DNA from: the human T2T-CHM13v2.0 reference genome, Homo sapiens
DNA length: 64,000 bases
Assembly: GCF_009914755.1 (NCBI RefSeq)
Contig: NC_060933.1
Strand: one strand, 5' to 3'
Shown: one piece after another, positions 29,501 to 43,800 of the stretch
Layout of the letters: each line of letters begins with the position of its first letter
Position numbering within the stretch: position 1 is the first letter of the stretch
Made by a program: the position numbers and the translations under genes
Notes under the pieces: model-generated
Told to the model about the DNA's origin: nothing
The model's database searches: none
The model's input: the letters and a program-made list of their open reading frames with translations, nothing else

Positions 29501-32500
29501 CCATTCCATTCCAGTCCTTTCCATTTCATTCCTCTCGGGTTGATTCCATTCTATTAGTTTCCATTCCATTCCATTCCCTTCCATTCCTCTCAGGTTTTTT
29601 CCATTCCTTTCCATTCCACTCGAATACATTCCCTCCTATTCCACTCAGAACGATTCCATTCCATTCCATTCCATTCCATTCCATTTCGTTCCATTCCATT
29701 CTATTCCGCATCATTCCATTCCATTCCATTCCATTCCATTCCATTCCATTCCATTGTACTCGGGTTGATTCAATTCCATTGCACTCCATTCCATTCCATT
29801 CCATTCCACTCCGTTGCATTCCATTCCATTACATTCGGATTGATTCTATTCAACTCCCTTACTCTCCATTCCATTCCATTCCATTCGGGTTGTTCCATTC
29901 CATTCCACTCCATTCCATTGCACTCGGGTTGATTCCATTCCATTCCATTATATTCCATTCCATTCCATTCCATTCCGGATGATTCCATTCCATTGCATTC
30001 CGTTCCATTACATTCCCCTGCACTCGCGTTGATTCCATTCCATTCCATTCCATTCCATTCAACTCCATTCCATTACAATTCGTTCCATTCCATTCTATTC
30101 TGTACCATTGCATTCCATTCCATACCATTCCATTGCATTCCATTCCATTCCATTCCGTTCCATTCCGTTCCATTCCATTCCATTCCATTCTATTCGAATT
30201 AATTCCATTCAATTCCATTCCATTCCATTCTATTCCATTCCATTGCAATCGAGTTGAATCCATTGCATTTCATTCCATTCCAGTCCATTCCATTCCATTC
30301 CGGAAGATTCCATTCCATTGCATTCCATTCCATTCCATTCCCCTGCACTCGCGTTGATTCCATTCCATTCCATTCCATTCCATTCCATTCCGTTCCGTTC
30401 CATTCCATTCCATTCCATTCCATTCCGTTCCGTTCCATTCCATTCCATTCCATTCTATTCGGGTTAATTCCATTCCATTCCATTCCATTCGATTCCATTC
30501 CATTGCACTCGGGTTGATTCCATTCCATTCCATTCCATTGCATTCCATTCCATTCCATTCCGGATGATTCCATTCCATTCCATTCCATTCCATTCCATTC
30601 CCCTGCAGTCGGGTTGATTCCATTCCATTCCATTCCATTCCATTCCATTCCGTTCCATTCCATTCCATTCCATTCTATTTGGGTTAATTCTATTCCATTC
30701 CATTCCATTCCATTCCATTCCATTCCAATCGAGTTGATTCCATTCCATTCCTTTCCATTCCATTCCACTCCATTCCAGTCCTTTCCATTCCATTACACTC
30801 GGGTTGATTCCATTCTATTCCTTTCCATTCCATTCCATTCCATTGCAATCGAGTTGATTCCATTGCTTTGCATTCCATTCCATTCCATTCCATTCCGTAT
30901 GATTCCATTCCATTGCATTCCATTCCATTCCATTCCCCTGCACTCGGGTTGATTCCATTCCATTCCACTCCATTCTGTTCCATTCCATTCCGTTCCATTG
31001 TATTCGGGTTAATTCCATTCCATTCCATTCCATTCCAATCCATTACTCGAGTTGATTCCATTCCATTCCATTCCATTCCATTCCATTCCATTCCAGTCCT
31101 TTCCATTCCATTCCACTCGGGTTGATTCCATTCTATTAGTTTCCATTCCATTCCATTCCCTTCCATTCCACTCTGGTTGATTCCATTCTTTTCCATTCCA
31201 CTCGAATACATTCCCTCCTATTCCACTCGGAACGATTCCATTCCATTCCATTCCATTCCATTCCATTCGATTCCAGTTCGTTCCATTCCATTCTATTCTG
31301 TACCATTCCATTCCATTCCATTCCTTTCCATTCCATTCCTTTCCACTCGTGTTGATTCCATTCCTTTCCATTCCATTCGGTTTGAAGGCATTCCATTCCA
31401 TTCAATTCCACTCCATTCCATTCAATTCCATTCCATTCTATTCCATTCCATTGCAATCGAGTTGAATCCATTGCCTTTCATTCCATTCCATTCCATTCCA
31501 TTCCATTCCGGAAGATTCCATTCCATTACATTCCATTCCATTCCATTCCCCTGCACTCGCGTTGATTAAATTCTATTCCATTCCATTCCATTCCGTTCCG
31601 TTCAATTCCATTCCATTCCATTCCATTCCGTTCCGTTCCATTCCATTGCATTCCATTCTATTCGGGTTAATTCCATTCCATTCCATTCGATTGCCATCGA
31701 GTTGATTCCATTCCATTCCATTCCATTCCATTCCATTCCATTCCTTTCCATTCCATTACGGATGACTCCATTCCATTGCTTTCCATTCCTTTCCATTCCC
31801 CTTTACTCGGGTTGATTCCATTCCATTCCATTCCACTCCATTCGGTTCCGTTGCATTCCATTCTATTGCATTCCATTCTATTCGGGTTAATTCCTTTCCA
31901 TTTTATTCCATTCCATTCCATTCCATTCCATTGCAATGGAGTTTATTCCATTCCATTCCATTCCATTCCGGATGATTCCATTCCATTGCATTCCATTCCA
32001 TTCCATTCCCCTGCTCTCGTGTTGATTCCATTCCCTTCCATTCCATTCCATTCCGTTCCATTCCATTCCATTCCATTCTATTCCGGTTAATTCCATTCCA
32101 TTCCATTCCATTCCATTCCATTCCATTCCATTCCATTCCATTCCATTCCATTCCATTGCAATCGAGTTGATTCCATTCCATTCCTTTCCATTCCATTCCA
32201 TTGCCTTGCATTCCACTCGGGTTGATTCCATTCCCTTCTTTCCACTCCATTACATTCCCTTCCATTCCACTCGGAATGATTGATTCCATTCCATTCCATT
32301 CCATTCCACTCCATTCCATTGCACTCGGGTTGATTCCATTCCATTCCATTCAATTCCATTCCATTCCGGATGATTCCATTGCATTGCATTCCGTTCCATT
32401 ACATTCCCCTGCACTCGGGTTGATACCATTCCATTCCATTCCATTCAATTCCATTCCATTCGATTCCATTCCGGATGATTCCATTCCATTGCATTCCATT

Positions 32501-35500
32501 CCATTCCATTCCCCTGCACTCGGGTTGATTACATTCCATTTCCTTCCCTTCCATTCCTTTCCATTCCATTCCTTTCCATTCTATTCGGGTGAATTCCATT
32601 CCATTCCATTCCATTCCATTCCATTCCATTCCATTCTATTCCATTCCATTCCATTCCATTGCAATCGAGTTGATTCCATTCGATTCCATTCCATTCCGTT
32701 CCGGATGATTCCATTCCATTCCATTCCATTCCATTCCATTCCCGTGCAGTCGGGTTGATTCCATTCCATTCCATTCTATTCCATTCTATTCCATTCCATT
32801 CCGTTCCATTCCATTCCATTCCATTCTATTCGGGTTAATTGCATTCCATTCCATTCCATTCCATTCCATTCCATTCCAATCGAGTTGATTCCATTCCATT
32901 CCATTCCATTCCATTCCACTCCATTCCAGTCCTTTCCATTCCATTACACTCTGGTTGATTCCATTCTATTCCTTTCTATTCCATTCCATTCCATTGCAAT
33001 CGAGTTGATTCCATTGCTTTGCATTCCATTCCATTCCATTCCATTCCGGATGATTCCATTCCACTGCATTCCATTCCATTCCATTCCCCTGCACTCGGGT
33101 TGATTCCATTCCATTCCACTCCATTCCATTCCATTCCATTCCATTCCATTTTATTCGGGTTAATTCCATTCCATTCCATTCCATTCCATTCCATTCCATT
33201 CCATTCCATTACAATCGAGTTGTTTCCATTCCATTCCATTCCATTCCATTCCATTCCATTCCATTCCATTCCATTGCAATCGAGTTGATTCCATTCCATT
33301 TCATTCCATTCCATTCCATTACATTCCATTCCAATCGAGTTGATTCCATTCGATTTCATTGCATTCCATTCCATTCCATTCCATTCCAGTCCTTTCCATT
33401 CCATTCCACTCGGGTTGATTCCATTCTATTAATTTCCATTCCATTCCATTCTCTTCCATTCCACTCTGGGTGATTCCATTCCTTTCCATTCCACTCGAAT
33501 ACATTCCCTCCTATTCTACTCGGAACGATTCCATTCCATTCCATTCCATTCCATTCCATTCCATTCCATTCCATTCCATTTCGTTCCATTCCATTCTGTT
33601 CCGTATCATTCCATTCCATTCCATTCCATTCCCTTCCATTCCATTCCATTACATTCCACTCGTGTTGATTCCATTCCTTTCCATTCCATTCGGTTTGAAG
33701 GCATTCCATTCCATTCCATTCCATTCGATTCCATTCCATTGTACTCGGGTTGATTCTATTCCATTGCATTCCATTCCATTCCAATCCGTTGCATTCCATT
33801 CCATTACATTCGGATTGATTCTATTCAACTCCCTTACTCTCCATTACATTCCATTCCATTCGGGTTGTTCCATTCCATTCCATTCCATTCCACTCCATTC
33901 CATTGCACTCGGGTTGATTCCATTCCATTCCATTCCATTCCATTCCATTCCGGATGATTCCGTTCCATTGCATTCCGTTCCATTACATTCCCCTGCACTC
34001 GCGTTGATTCCACTCCATTCCATTCCATTCCATTCCATTCAATTCCATTCCATTACAATTCGTTCCATTCCATTCTATTCCGTACCATTCCATTCCATTC
34101 CATACCATTCCATTCCATTCCATTCCATTCCATTCCGTTCCGTTCCATTCCGTTCCATTCCATTCCATTCCATTCCATTCCATTGCAATCGAGTTGAATC
34201 CATTGCATTTCATTCCATTCCATTCCATTCCATTCCATTCCGGAAGATTCCATTCCATTGCATTCCATTCCATTCCATTCCCCTGCACTCGCGTTGATTC
34301 CATTCCATTCCATTCCATTCCATTGCATTCCGTTCCGTTCCGTTCCATTTCATTCCATTCCATTGCATTCCATTCCGTTCCCTTCCATTCCATTCCATTC
34401 CATTCTATTCGGGTTAATTCCATTCCATTCCATTCGATTGCAATCGAGTTGATTCCATTCCATTCCATTCTATTCCGTTCCGGATGATTCCATTCTATTG
34501 CATTCCATTCCATTCCATTCCCCTGCAGTCGGGTTGATTCCATTCCATTCCATTCCATTCCATTCCGTTCCATTCCATTCCATTCCATTCTATTCGTGTT
34601 AATTCCATTCCATTCCTTTCCATTGCATTCCATTCCATTCCAATCGAGTTGATTCCATTCCATTCCATTCCATTCCATTCCACTCCATTCCAGTCCTTTC
34701 CATTCCATTACACTCGGGTTGATTCCGTTCTATTCCTTTCCATTCCATTCCATTCCATTGCAATCGAGTTGATTCCATTGCTTTGCATTCCATTCCATTC
34801 CATTCCATTCCGGATGATTCCATTCCATTGCATTCCATTCCATTCCATTCCCCTGCACTCGGGTTGATTGCATTCCATTCCACTCCATTCCGTTCCATTC
34901 TAGTCCATTCCATTGTATTCGGGTTAATTCCATTCCATTCCATTCCATTCCATTCCCTTACAATGTAGTTGATTCCATTCAATTCCATTCCATTCCATTC
35001 CATTCCAGTCCTTTCCATTCCATTCCACTCGTGTTGATTCCATTCTATTAGTTTCCATTCCATCCCATTCCCTTCCATTCCAATCTGGTTGATTCCATTC
35101 CTTTCCATTCCACTCGAATACATTCCCTCCTATTCCACTCAGAACTATTCCATTCCATTCCATTCCATTCCATTCCATTCCATTCCATTCCAGTTCGTTC
35201 CATTCCATTCTATTCCGTACCATTCTATTCCATTCCATTCCTTTCCATTCCATTCCATTCCACTCGTGGTGATTCCATTCCTTTCCATTCCATTCGGTTT
35301 GAAGGCATTCCATTCCATTCAATTCCATTCCATTCCATTCCATTCCATTCCATTCCATTCCATTCCATTCCATTGTACTCGAGTTGATTCCATTCCATTG
35401 CATTCAATTCCATTCCATTCCATTCCATTGTACTCGAGTTGATTCCATTCCATTGCATTCCATTCCATTCCATTCCATTTCATTCCGTTGCATTCCATTC

Positions 35501-38500
35501 CTTTACATTCGGATTGATTCTATTCAACTCCCTTACTCTCCATTACATTACATTCCATTCGGGTTGTTCCATTCCATTCCATTCCATTCCACTCCATTCC
35601 ATTGCACTCGGGTTGATTCCATTCCATTCCATTCCATTCCATTCCATTGCGGATGATTCTATTCCATTGCATTCCGTTCCATTACATTCCCCTGCACTCG
35701 CGTTGATTCCATTCCATTGCATTCCATTCCATTCCATTCAATTCCATTCCATTGCAATTCGTTCCACTGCATTCTATTCCGTACCATTCCATTCCATTCC
35801 ATACCATTCCATTCCATTCCATTCCATTCCGTTCCGTTCTGTTCCTTTCCATTCCATTCCATTCTATTCGGATTAATTCCATTCCATTCCATTCCATTCC
35901 ATTCTATTCCATTCCATTGCAATCGAGTTGAATCCATTGCATTTCATTCCATTCCATTCCATTCCATTCCATTCCATTCCGGAAGATTCAATTCCATTGC
36001 ATTCCATTCCATTCCATTCCCCTGTACTCGCGTTGATTCCATTCCATTCCATTCCATTCCATTCCATTCCGTTCCGTTCAATTCCATTCCATTCCATTCC
36101 ATTCCATTCCATTCCATTCCGTTCCGTTCCATTCCATTCCATTCCATTCCATTCTATTCGGGTTAATTCCATTCCATTCCATTCGATTGCAATCGAGTTG
36201 ATTCCATTCCATTCCATTCCATTCCAGTCCTTTCCATTCCATTCCACTCGGGTTGATTCCATTCTATTAGTTTCCATTCCATTCCATTCCCTTCCATTCC
36301 ACTCTGGTTGATTCCATTCCTTTCCATTACACTCGAATACTTTCCCTCCTATTCCACTCGGAACCATTCCATTCCATTCCATTCTATTCCATTCCATTCC
36401 ATTCCATTCCATTTCGTTCCATTCCATTCTATTCCGTATCATTCCATTCCTTTCCATTCCATTCCATTCCATTCCATTCCATTGTACTCCGGTTGATTCC
36501 ATTCCATTGCATTCCATTCCATTCCATTCCATTCCATTCCGTTGCATTCCATTCCATTACATTCGGATTGATTCTATTCAGCTCCCTTACTCTCCATTAC
36601 ATTCCATACCATTCGGGTTGTTCCCTTCCATTGCATTCCATTACACTCCATTCCATTGCACTCGGGTTGATTCCATTCCATTCCATTCCATTCCATTCCA
36701 TTCCGGATGATTCCATTGCATTGCATTCCGTTCCATTACATTCCCCTGCACTCGCGTTGATTCCATTCCTTTCCATTCCATTCCATTCAATTTCATTCCA
36801 TTACAATTCGTTCCATTCCATTCTATGCCGTACCATTCCATTCCATTCCATTCCAATCGAGTTGATTCCATTCCATTCCATTCCATTCCATTCCACTCCA
36901 TTCCAGTCCTTTCCATTCCATTCCACTCGGGTTGATTCCAATGTATTCCTTTCCATTCCATTCCATTCCATTGCATTCCGTTCCATTACATTCCCCTGCA
37001 CTCACGTTGATTCCATTCCATTCCATTCCATTCCATTCAATTCCATTCCATTACAATTCGTTCCATTCCATTCTATTCCGTACCATTCCATTCCATTCCA
37101 TTCCAATCGAGTTGATTCCGTTCCATTCCATTCCATTCCATTCCACTCCATTCCAGTCCTTTCCATTCCATTCCACTCAGGGTGATTCCAATGTATTCCT
37201 TTCCATTCCATTCCATTCCATTGCAATCGAGTTGATTCCATTGCTTTGCATTCCATTCCATTCCATTCCATTCCGGATGATTCCATTCCATTGCATTCCA
37301 TTCCATTCCATTCCCCTGCACTCGGGTTGATTCCATTCAATTCCACTCCATTCCGTACCATTCCATTCCATTCCATTCCATTGTATTCGGGTTAATTCCA
37401 TTCCATTCCATTCCATTCCATTCCATTCCATTCCATTCCATTCCATTGCAATCGTGTTGATTCCATTCCATTTCATTCCATTCCATTCCATTCCATTCCA
37501 TTCCAATCGAGTTGATTCCATTCCATTTCATTCCATTTCATTCCATTCCATTCCATTCCAGTCCTTTCCATTCCATTCCACTGGGGTTGATTCCATTCTA
37601 TTAGTTTCCATTCCATTCCATTCTCTTCCATTCCACTCTGGGTGATTCCATTCCTTTCCATTCCTCTCGAATACATTCCCTCCTATTCTACTCGGAAAGA
37701 TTCCATTCCATTCCATTCCATTCCATTCCATTCCATTCCATTCCATTCCATTCCATTCCATTTCGTTCCATTCCATTCTGTTCCGTATCATTCCATTCCA
37801 TTCCATTCCATTCCCTTCCATTCCATTCCATTACATTCCACTCGTGTTGATTCCATTCCTTTCCATTCCATTCGGTTTGAAGGCATTCCATTCCATTCCA
37901 TTCCATTCCATTCCATTCCATTCCATTCCATTGTACTCGGGTTGATTCTATTCCATTGCATTCCATTCCATTCCAATCCGTTGCATTCCATTCCATTACA
38001 TTCGGATTGATTCTATTCAACTCCCTTACTCTCCATTACATTCCATTCCATTCGTGTTGTTCCATTCCATTCCATTCCATTCCATTCCACTCCATTCCAT
38101 TGCACTCGGGTTGATTCCATTCTATTCCATTCCATTCCATTCCATTCCGGATGATTCCGTTCCATTGCATTCCGTTCCATTACATTCCCCTCCACTCGCG
38201 TTGATTCCATTTCATTCCATTCCATTCCATTCCATTCAATTCCATTCTATTACAATTCGTTCCATTCCATTCTATTCCGTACCATTCCATTCCATTCCAT
38301 ACCATTCCATTCCATTCCATTCCATTCCTTTCCGTTCCGTTCCATTCCGTTCCATTCCATTCCATTCCATTCCATTCCATTGCAATCGAGTTGAATCCAT
38401 TGTATTTCATTCCATTCCATTCCATTCCATTCCATTCAGGAAGATTCCATTCCATTGCATTCCATTCCATTCCATTCCCCTGCACTCGCGTTGATTCCAT

Positions 38501-40896
38501 TCCATTCCATTGCATTCCGTTCCGTTCCGTTCCATTTCATTCCATTCCATTCCATTCCATTCCATTCCGTTCCGTTCCATTCCATTCCATTCCATTCTAT
38601 TCGGGTTAATTCCATTCCATTCCATTCGATTGCAATCGAGTTGATTCCATTCCATTCCATTCCATTCCGTTCCGGATGATTCCATTCTATTGCATTCCAT
38701 TCCATTCCATTCCCCTGCAGTCGGGTTGATTCCATTCCATTCCATTGCATTCCATTCCGTTCCATTCCATTCCATTCCATTCTATTCGGGTAAATTCCAT
38801 TCCATTCCTTTCCATTCCATTCCATTCGATTGCAATCGAGTTGATTCCATTCCATTCCATTCCATTCCATTCCACTCCATTCCAGTCCTTTCCATTCCAT
38901 TACACTCGGGTTGATTCCGTTCTATTCCTTTCCATTCCATTCCATTCCATTGCAATCGAGTTGATTCCATTGCTTTGCATTCCATTCCATTCCATTCCAT
39001 TACGGATGATTCCATTCCATTGCATTCCATTCCATTCCATTCCCCTGCACTCGGGTTGATTCCATTCCATTCCACTCCATTCCGTTCCATTCTAGTCCAT
39101 TCCATTGTATTCGGGTTAATTCCATTCCATTCCATTCCATTCCATTCCATTCCATTACAATGTAGTTGATTCCATTCAATTCCATTCCATTCCATTCCAT
39201 TCCATTCCTTTCCATTCCATTCCACTCGGGTTGATTCCATTCTATTAGTTTCCATTCCATTCCATTCCCTTCCATTCCAATCTGGTTGATTCCATTCCTT
39301 TCCATTCCACTCGAATACATTCCCTCCTATTCCACTCAGAACGATTCCATTCCATTCCATTCTATTCCATTCCATTCCATTCCATTCCATTCCAGTTCGT
39401 TCCATTCCATTCTATTCCGTACCATTCTATTCCATTCCATTCCTTTCCATTCCATTCCATTCCACTCGTGGTGATTCCATTCCTTTCCATTCCATTCGGT
39501 TTGAAGGCATTCCATTCCATTCAATTCCATTCCATTTCATTCCATTCCATTCCATTCCATTCCATTCCATTCCATTGTACTCGAGTTGATTCCATTCCAT
39601 TGCATTCCATTCCATTCCATTCCATTCCATTCCGTTGCATTCCATTCCATTACATTCGGATTGATTCTATTCAACTCCCTTACTCTCCATTACATTCCAT
39701 TCCATTCAGGTTGTTCCATTCCATTCCATTCCGTTCCACTCCATTCCATTGCACTCGGGTTGATTCCATTCCATTCCATTCCATTCCATTCCATTCCGGA
39801 TGATTCCATTCCATTGCATTCCGTTCCATTACATTCCCCTGCACTCGCGTTGATTCCATTCCATTCCATTCCATTCCATTCCATTCCATTCAATTCCATT
39901 CCATTGCAATTCGTTCCATTCCATTCTATTCCGTACCATTCCATTCCATTCCATACCATTCCATTCCATTCCATTCCATTCCGTTCCGTTCTGTTCCTTT
40001 CCATTCCATTCCATTCTATTCGGATTAATTCCATTCCATTCCATTCCATTCCATTCCATTCTATTCCATTCCATTGCAATCGAGTTGTATCCATTGCATT
40101 TCATTCCATTCCATTCCATTCCATTCCATTCCATTCCATTCCATTCCGGAAGATTCCATTCCATTCCATTCCATTCCACTCGTGTTGATTCCATTCCTTT
40201 CCATTCCATTCGGTTTGAAGGCATTCCATTCCATTCCATTCCATTCCATTCCATTCCATTCCATTCCATTGTACTCGGGTTGATTCCATTCCATTGCATT
40301 CCATCCCATTCCATTCCATTCCAATCCGTTGCATTCCATTCCATTACATTCGGATTGATTCTATTCAACTCCCTTACTCTCCATTACATTCCATTCCATT
40401 CGGGTTGTTCCATTCCATTCCATTCCATTCCACTCCATTCCATTGCACTCGGGTTGATTCCATTCCTTTCCATTCCATTCCATTCCATTCCGGATGTTTC
40501 CATTCCATTGCATTCCGTTCCATTACATTCCCCTGCACTCGCGTTGATTCCATTCCATTCCATTCCATTCCATTCCATTCAATTCCATTCCATTACAATT
40601 CGTTCCATTCCATTCTATTCCGTACCATTCCATTCCATTCCATACCATTCCATTCCATTCCATTCCATTCTATTCCATTTCGTTCCATTCCGTTCCATTC
40701 CATTCCATTCCATTCTATTCGGGTTAATTCCATTCCATTCCATTCCATTCCATTGCATTCCATTCCATTCCAATCTATTCCATTCCATTGCAATCGAGTT
40801 GAATCCATTGCATTTCATTCCATTCCATTCCATTCAATTCCATTGCAATCGAGTTGAATCTATTGCATTTCATTCCATTCCATTCCATTCCATTCC
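23501..40896 (+). repeat. HSat3 block B: degenerate repeats with ~1.6-kb and ~4.2-kb sub-periods
   Basis: Landmark (C)ACTCGAATACATTCCCTCCTATTC recurs at ~25255, 26922, 29619, 31200, 33494, 35112, 36331, 37665 and 39309. B-specific words include CCAATGTATTCC, TTGCTTTGCATTCC, CCCCTGCAGTCGGG and CGGTTTGAAGGCATT. Confidence 0.8.
36721..37220 (+). repeat. 250-bp tandem duplication in block B
   Basis: TTGCATTCCGTTCCATTACATTCCCCTGCACTC starts at 36721 and 36971. Each unit ends with CCAATGTATTCCTTTCC. Confidence 0.85.
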
Positions 40897-43800
40897 ATTC
40901 CGGAAGATTCCATTCCATTGCATTCCATTACATTCCATTCCCCTGCACTCGCGTTGATTCCATTCCATTCCATTCCATTCCATTGCATTCCATTGCATTC
41001 CATTCCCCTGCACTCAGGTTGATTCCATTCCATTCCATTCCATTCCATTCCATTCCATTCCTTTCTATTCGCGTTAATTCCATTCCACTCCATTCCATTA
41101 CATTCCATTGCAATCGACTTGATTCCATTCCATTCCATTCCATTCCATTCAAGTCCTTTCCATTCCATTCCACTCGTGTTGATTCCATTTTATTAGTTTC
41201 CATTCCATTCCATTCCCTTCCATTCCACTCTGGTTGATTCCATTCCTTTCCATTCCACTCGAATTCATTCCCTTCTATTCCACTCGGAATGATTCCATTC
41301 TATTCCGTTCCATTCCATTCCATTTCGTTCCATTCCATTTTATTCCGTACCATTCCATTCCATTCCATTCCATTCCATTACATTCCATTCCATTCCATTC
41401 CATGCCATTCCACTCGGGTTGATTCCATTGCTTTCCATTCCATTTGGGTTGAATCCATTCCATTCCATTCCATTCCATTCCATTCCATTCCATTCCATTC
41501 CATTCAATTGCACTAGGTTTGATTCCATTCCACTGCATTCCATTCCATTCCATTCCATTCCATTCCATTCCATTCCATTCCATTCCATTCCCCTGCACTC
41601 GGGTTCATTCCATTCCATTCCATTTACTTCCATTCCATTCCATTCCATTCCATTCCATTCCATGCCATTCCACTCGCGTTGATTCCATTCCCTTCCATTC
41701 CATTAGAGTTGAATCCATTCCATTCCATTCCATTCCATTATATTCCATTGCACACGGGTTCATTCCATTCCATTCTATTCCATTCCCTTACATTCCATTT
41801 CGTTACATTCCATTCTATTCCGTACCATTCCATTCCATTCCATTCCATTCCATTCCACTCCATTCCATGCCATTCCACTCGGGTATATTCCATTCCTTTT
41901 AATTCCATTCGGGTTGAATCCATTCCATTCCATTCCATTCGGTTCCATTACATTGCACTCGGGTTGATTCCATTCCATTCCATTCCATTACATTTCATTC
42001 CATTCCATTCCATTCCATTTCATTCAATTCCATTCCATTCCATGCCATTCCACTCTTGTTGATTCCATTCCTTTCCATTCCATTACATTTCATTCCATTC
42101 CATTCCATTCCATTTCATTCAATTCCATTCCATTCCATGCCATTCCACTCGTGTTGATTCCATTCCTTTCCATTCCATTCGAGTTGAACCCATTCCATTC
42201 CATTCCATTCCATTCCATTCCATTCCATTCCGTTCCATTCCATTGCACGCGGGTTCATTCCATTCCATTCCGTTCCATTACATTCCATTCCATTCCATTC
42301 CATTCCATTACATTCCATTTCGTTCCATTCCATTCTATTCCGTACGATTCCATTGCATTCCATTCCATTCCATTCCTTTCCATTCCATTGAATTCGAGTT
42401 GATTCCATTCCATTCCGTTCCATTCCATTCCATTCCATTCCGGATGATTCCATTCCACTGCATTCCATTCCATTAAATTCCCCTGCACTTGGAGTGATTC
42501 CTTTCCATTCTATTCCATTCCATTCCATTCCATTCCATTCCATTCCATTTCATTGCAATCGAGTTGATTCCATTGCATTCCATTCCATTCCATTCCAGTC
42601 CTTTCCATTCCATTCCACTCGGGTTGATTCCATTCTATTCCTTTCCATTCCATTCAATTCCATTCCATTCCACTCTGGTTGATACCATTCCTCTTCATTC
42701 CACTCGAAAACATTCCCTTCTATTCCACTCGGAATGATTCCATTCCATTCCATTCCATTCCATTCCATTCCATTCCGTTTCGTTCCATTACATTCTATTC
42801 CGTACCATTCCACTCCATTCCATTCCATTCCATTCCATGCCATTCCTCTCGGGTTGATTCCATTCCTTTCCATTCCATTCGGGTTGAATCCATTCCATTC
42901 CATTCCTTTCCATTCCATTCCATTCCATTGCACTCGGGTTGATTCCATTCCATTCCATTCCATTCCATTCCATTCCATTTCCTTCCATTCCATTCCATTC
43001 CATTCCGTTCCATGCCATTCCACTCGGGTTGATTCCATTCCTTTCCATTCCATTCGAGTTGAATCCATTCCATTCCATTATATTCCATTCCATTCTATTC
43101 CATTCCATTCCTTTCCATTCCATTCAATTCCATTCTATTCCGGTTAATTCCATTCCATTCCATTCCATTCCATTCCATTCCATTTCATTGCAATCGAGTT
43201 GATTCCATTGCATTCCATTCCATTCCATTCCAGTCCTTTCCATTCCATTCCACTCGGGTTGATTCCATTCTATTCCTTTCCATTACATTCGATTGCATTC
43301 CATTCCACTCGATTCCATTCCATTCCACTCTGGTTGATTCCATTCCTTTTCATTCCACTCGAAAACATTCCCTTCTATTCCACTCGGAATGATTCCATTC
43401 CATTCCATTCCATTCCATTCCATTTCGTTCTATTACATTCTATTCTGTACCATTCCACTCCATTCCATTCCATTCCATTCCATGCCATTCCTCTCGGGTT
43501 GATTCCATTCCTTTCCATTCCATTCGGGTTGAGTCCATTCCATTCCATTCCTTTCCATTCCATTCCATTCCATTGCACTCGGGTTGATTCCATTCCATTC
43601 CATTCCGTTCCATTCCGGATGACTCCATTCCATTGCATTCCATTCCATTCCATTCCCCTGCACTCGGTTTCATTACATTCCATTCCATTCCATTCCATTC
43701 CATTCCATTCCATTCCATTCCGTTCCATTCCATTTCAATCGAGTTGATTCCATTCCATTCCATTCCATTCCATTCAATTCCGAATGATGTCATTCCATTG

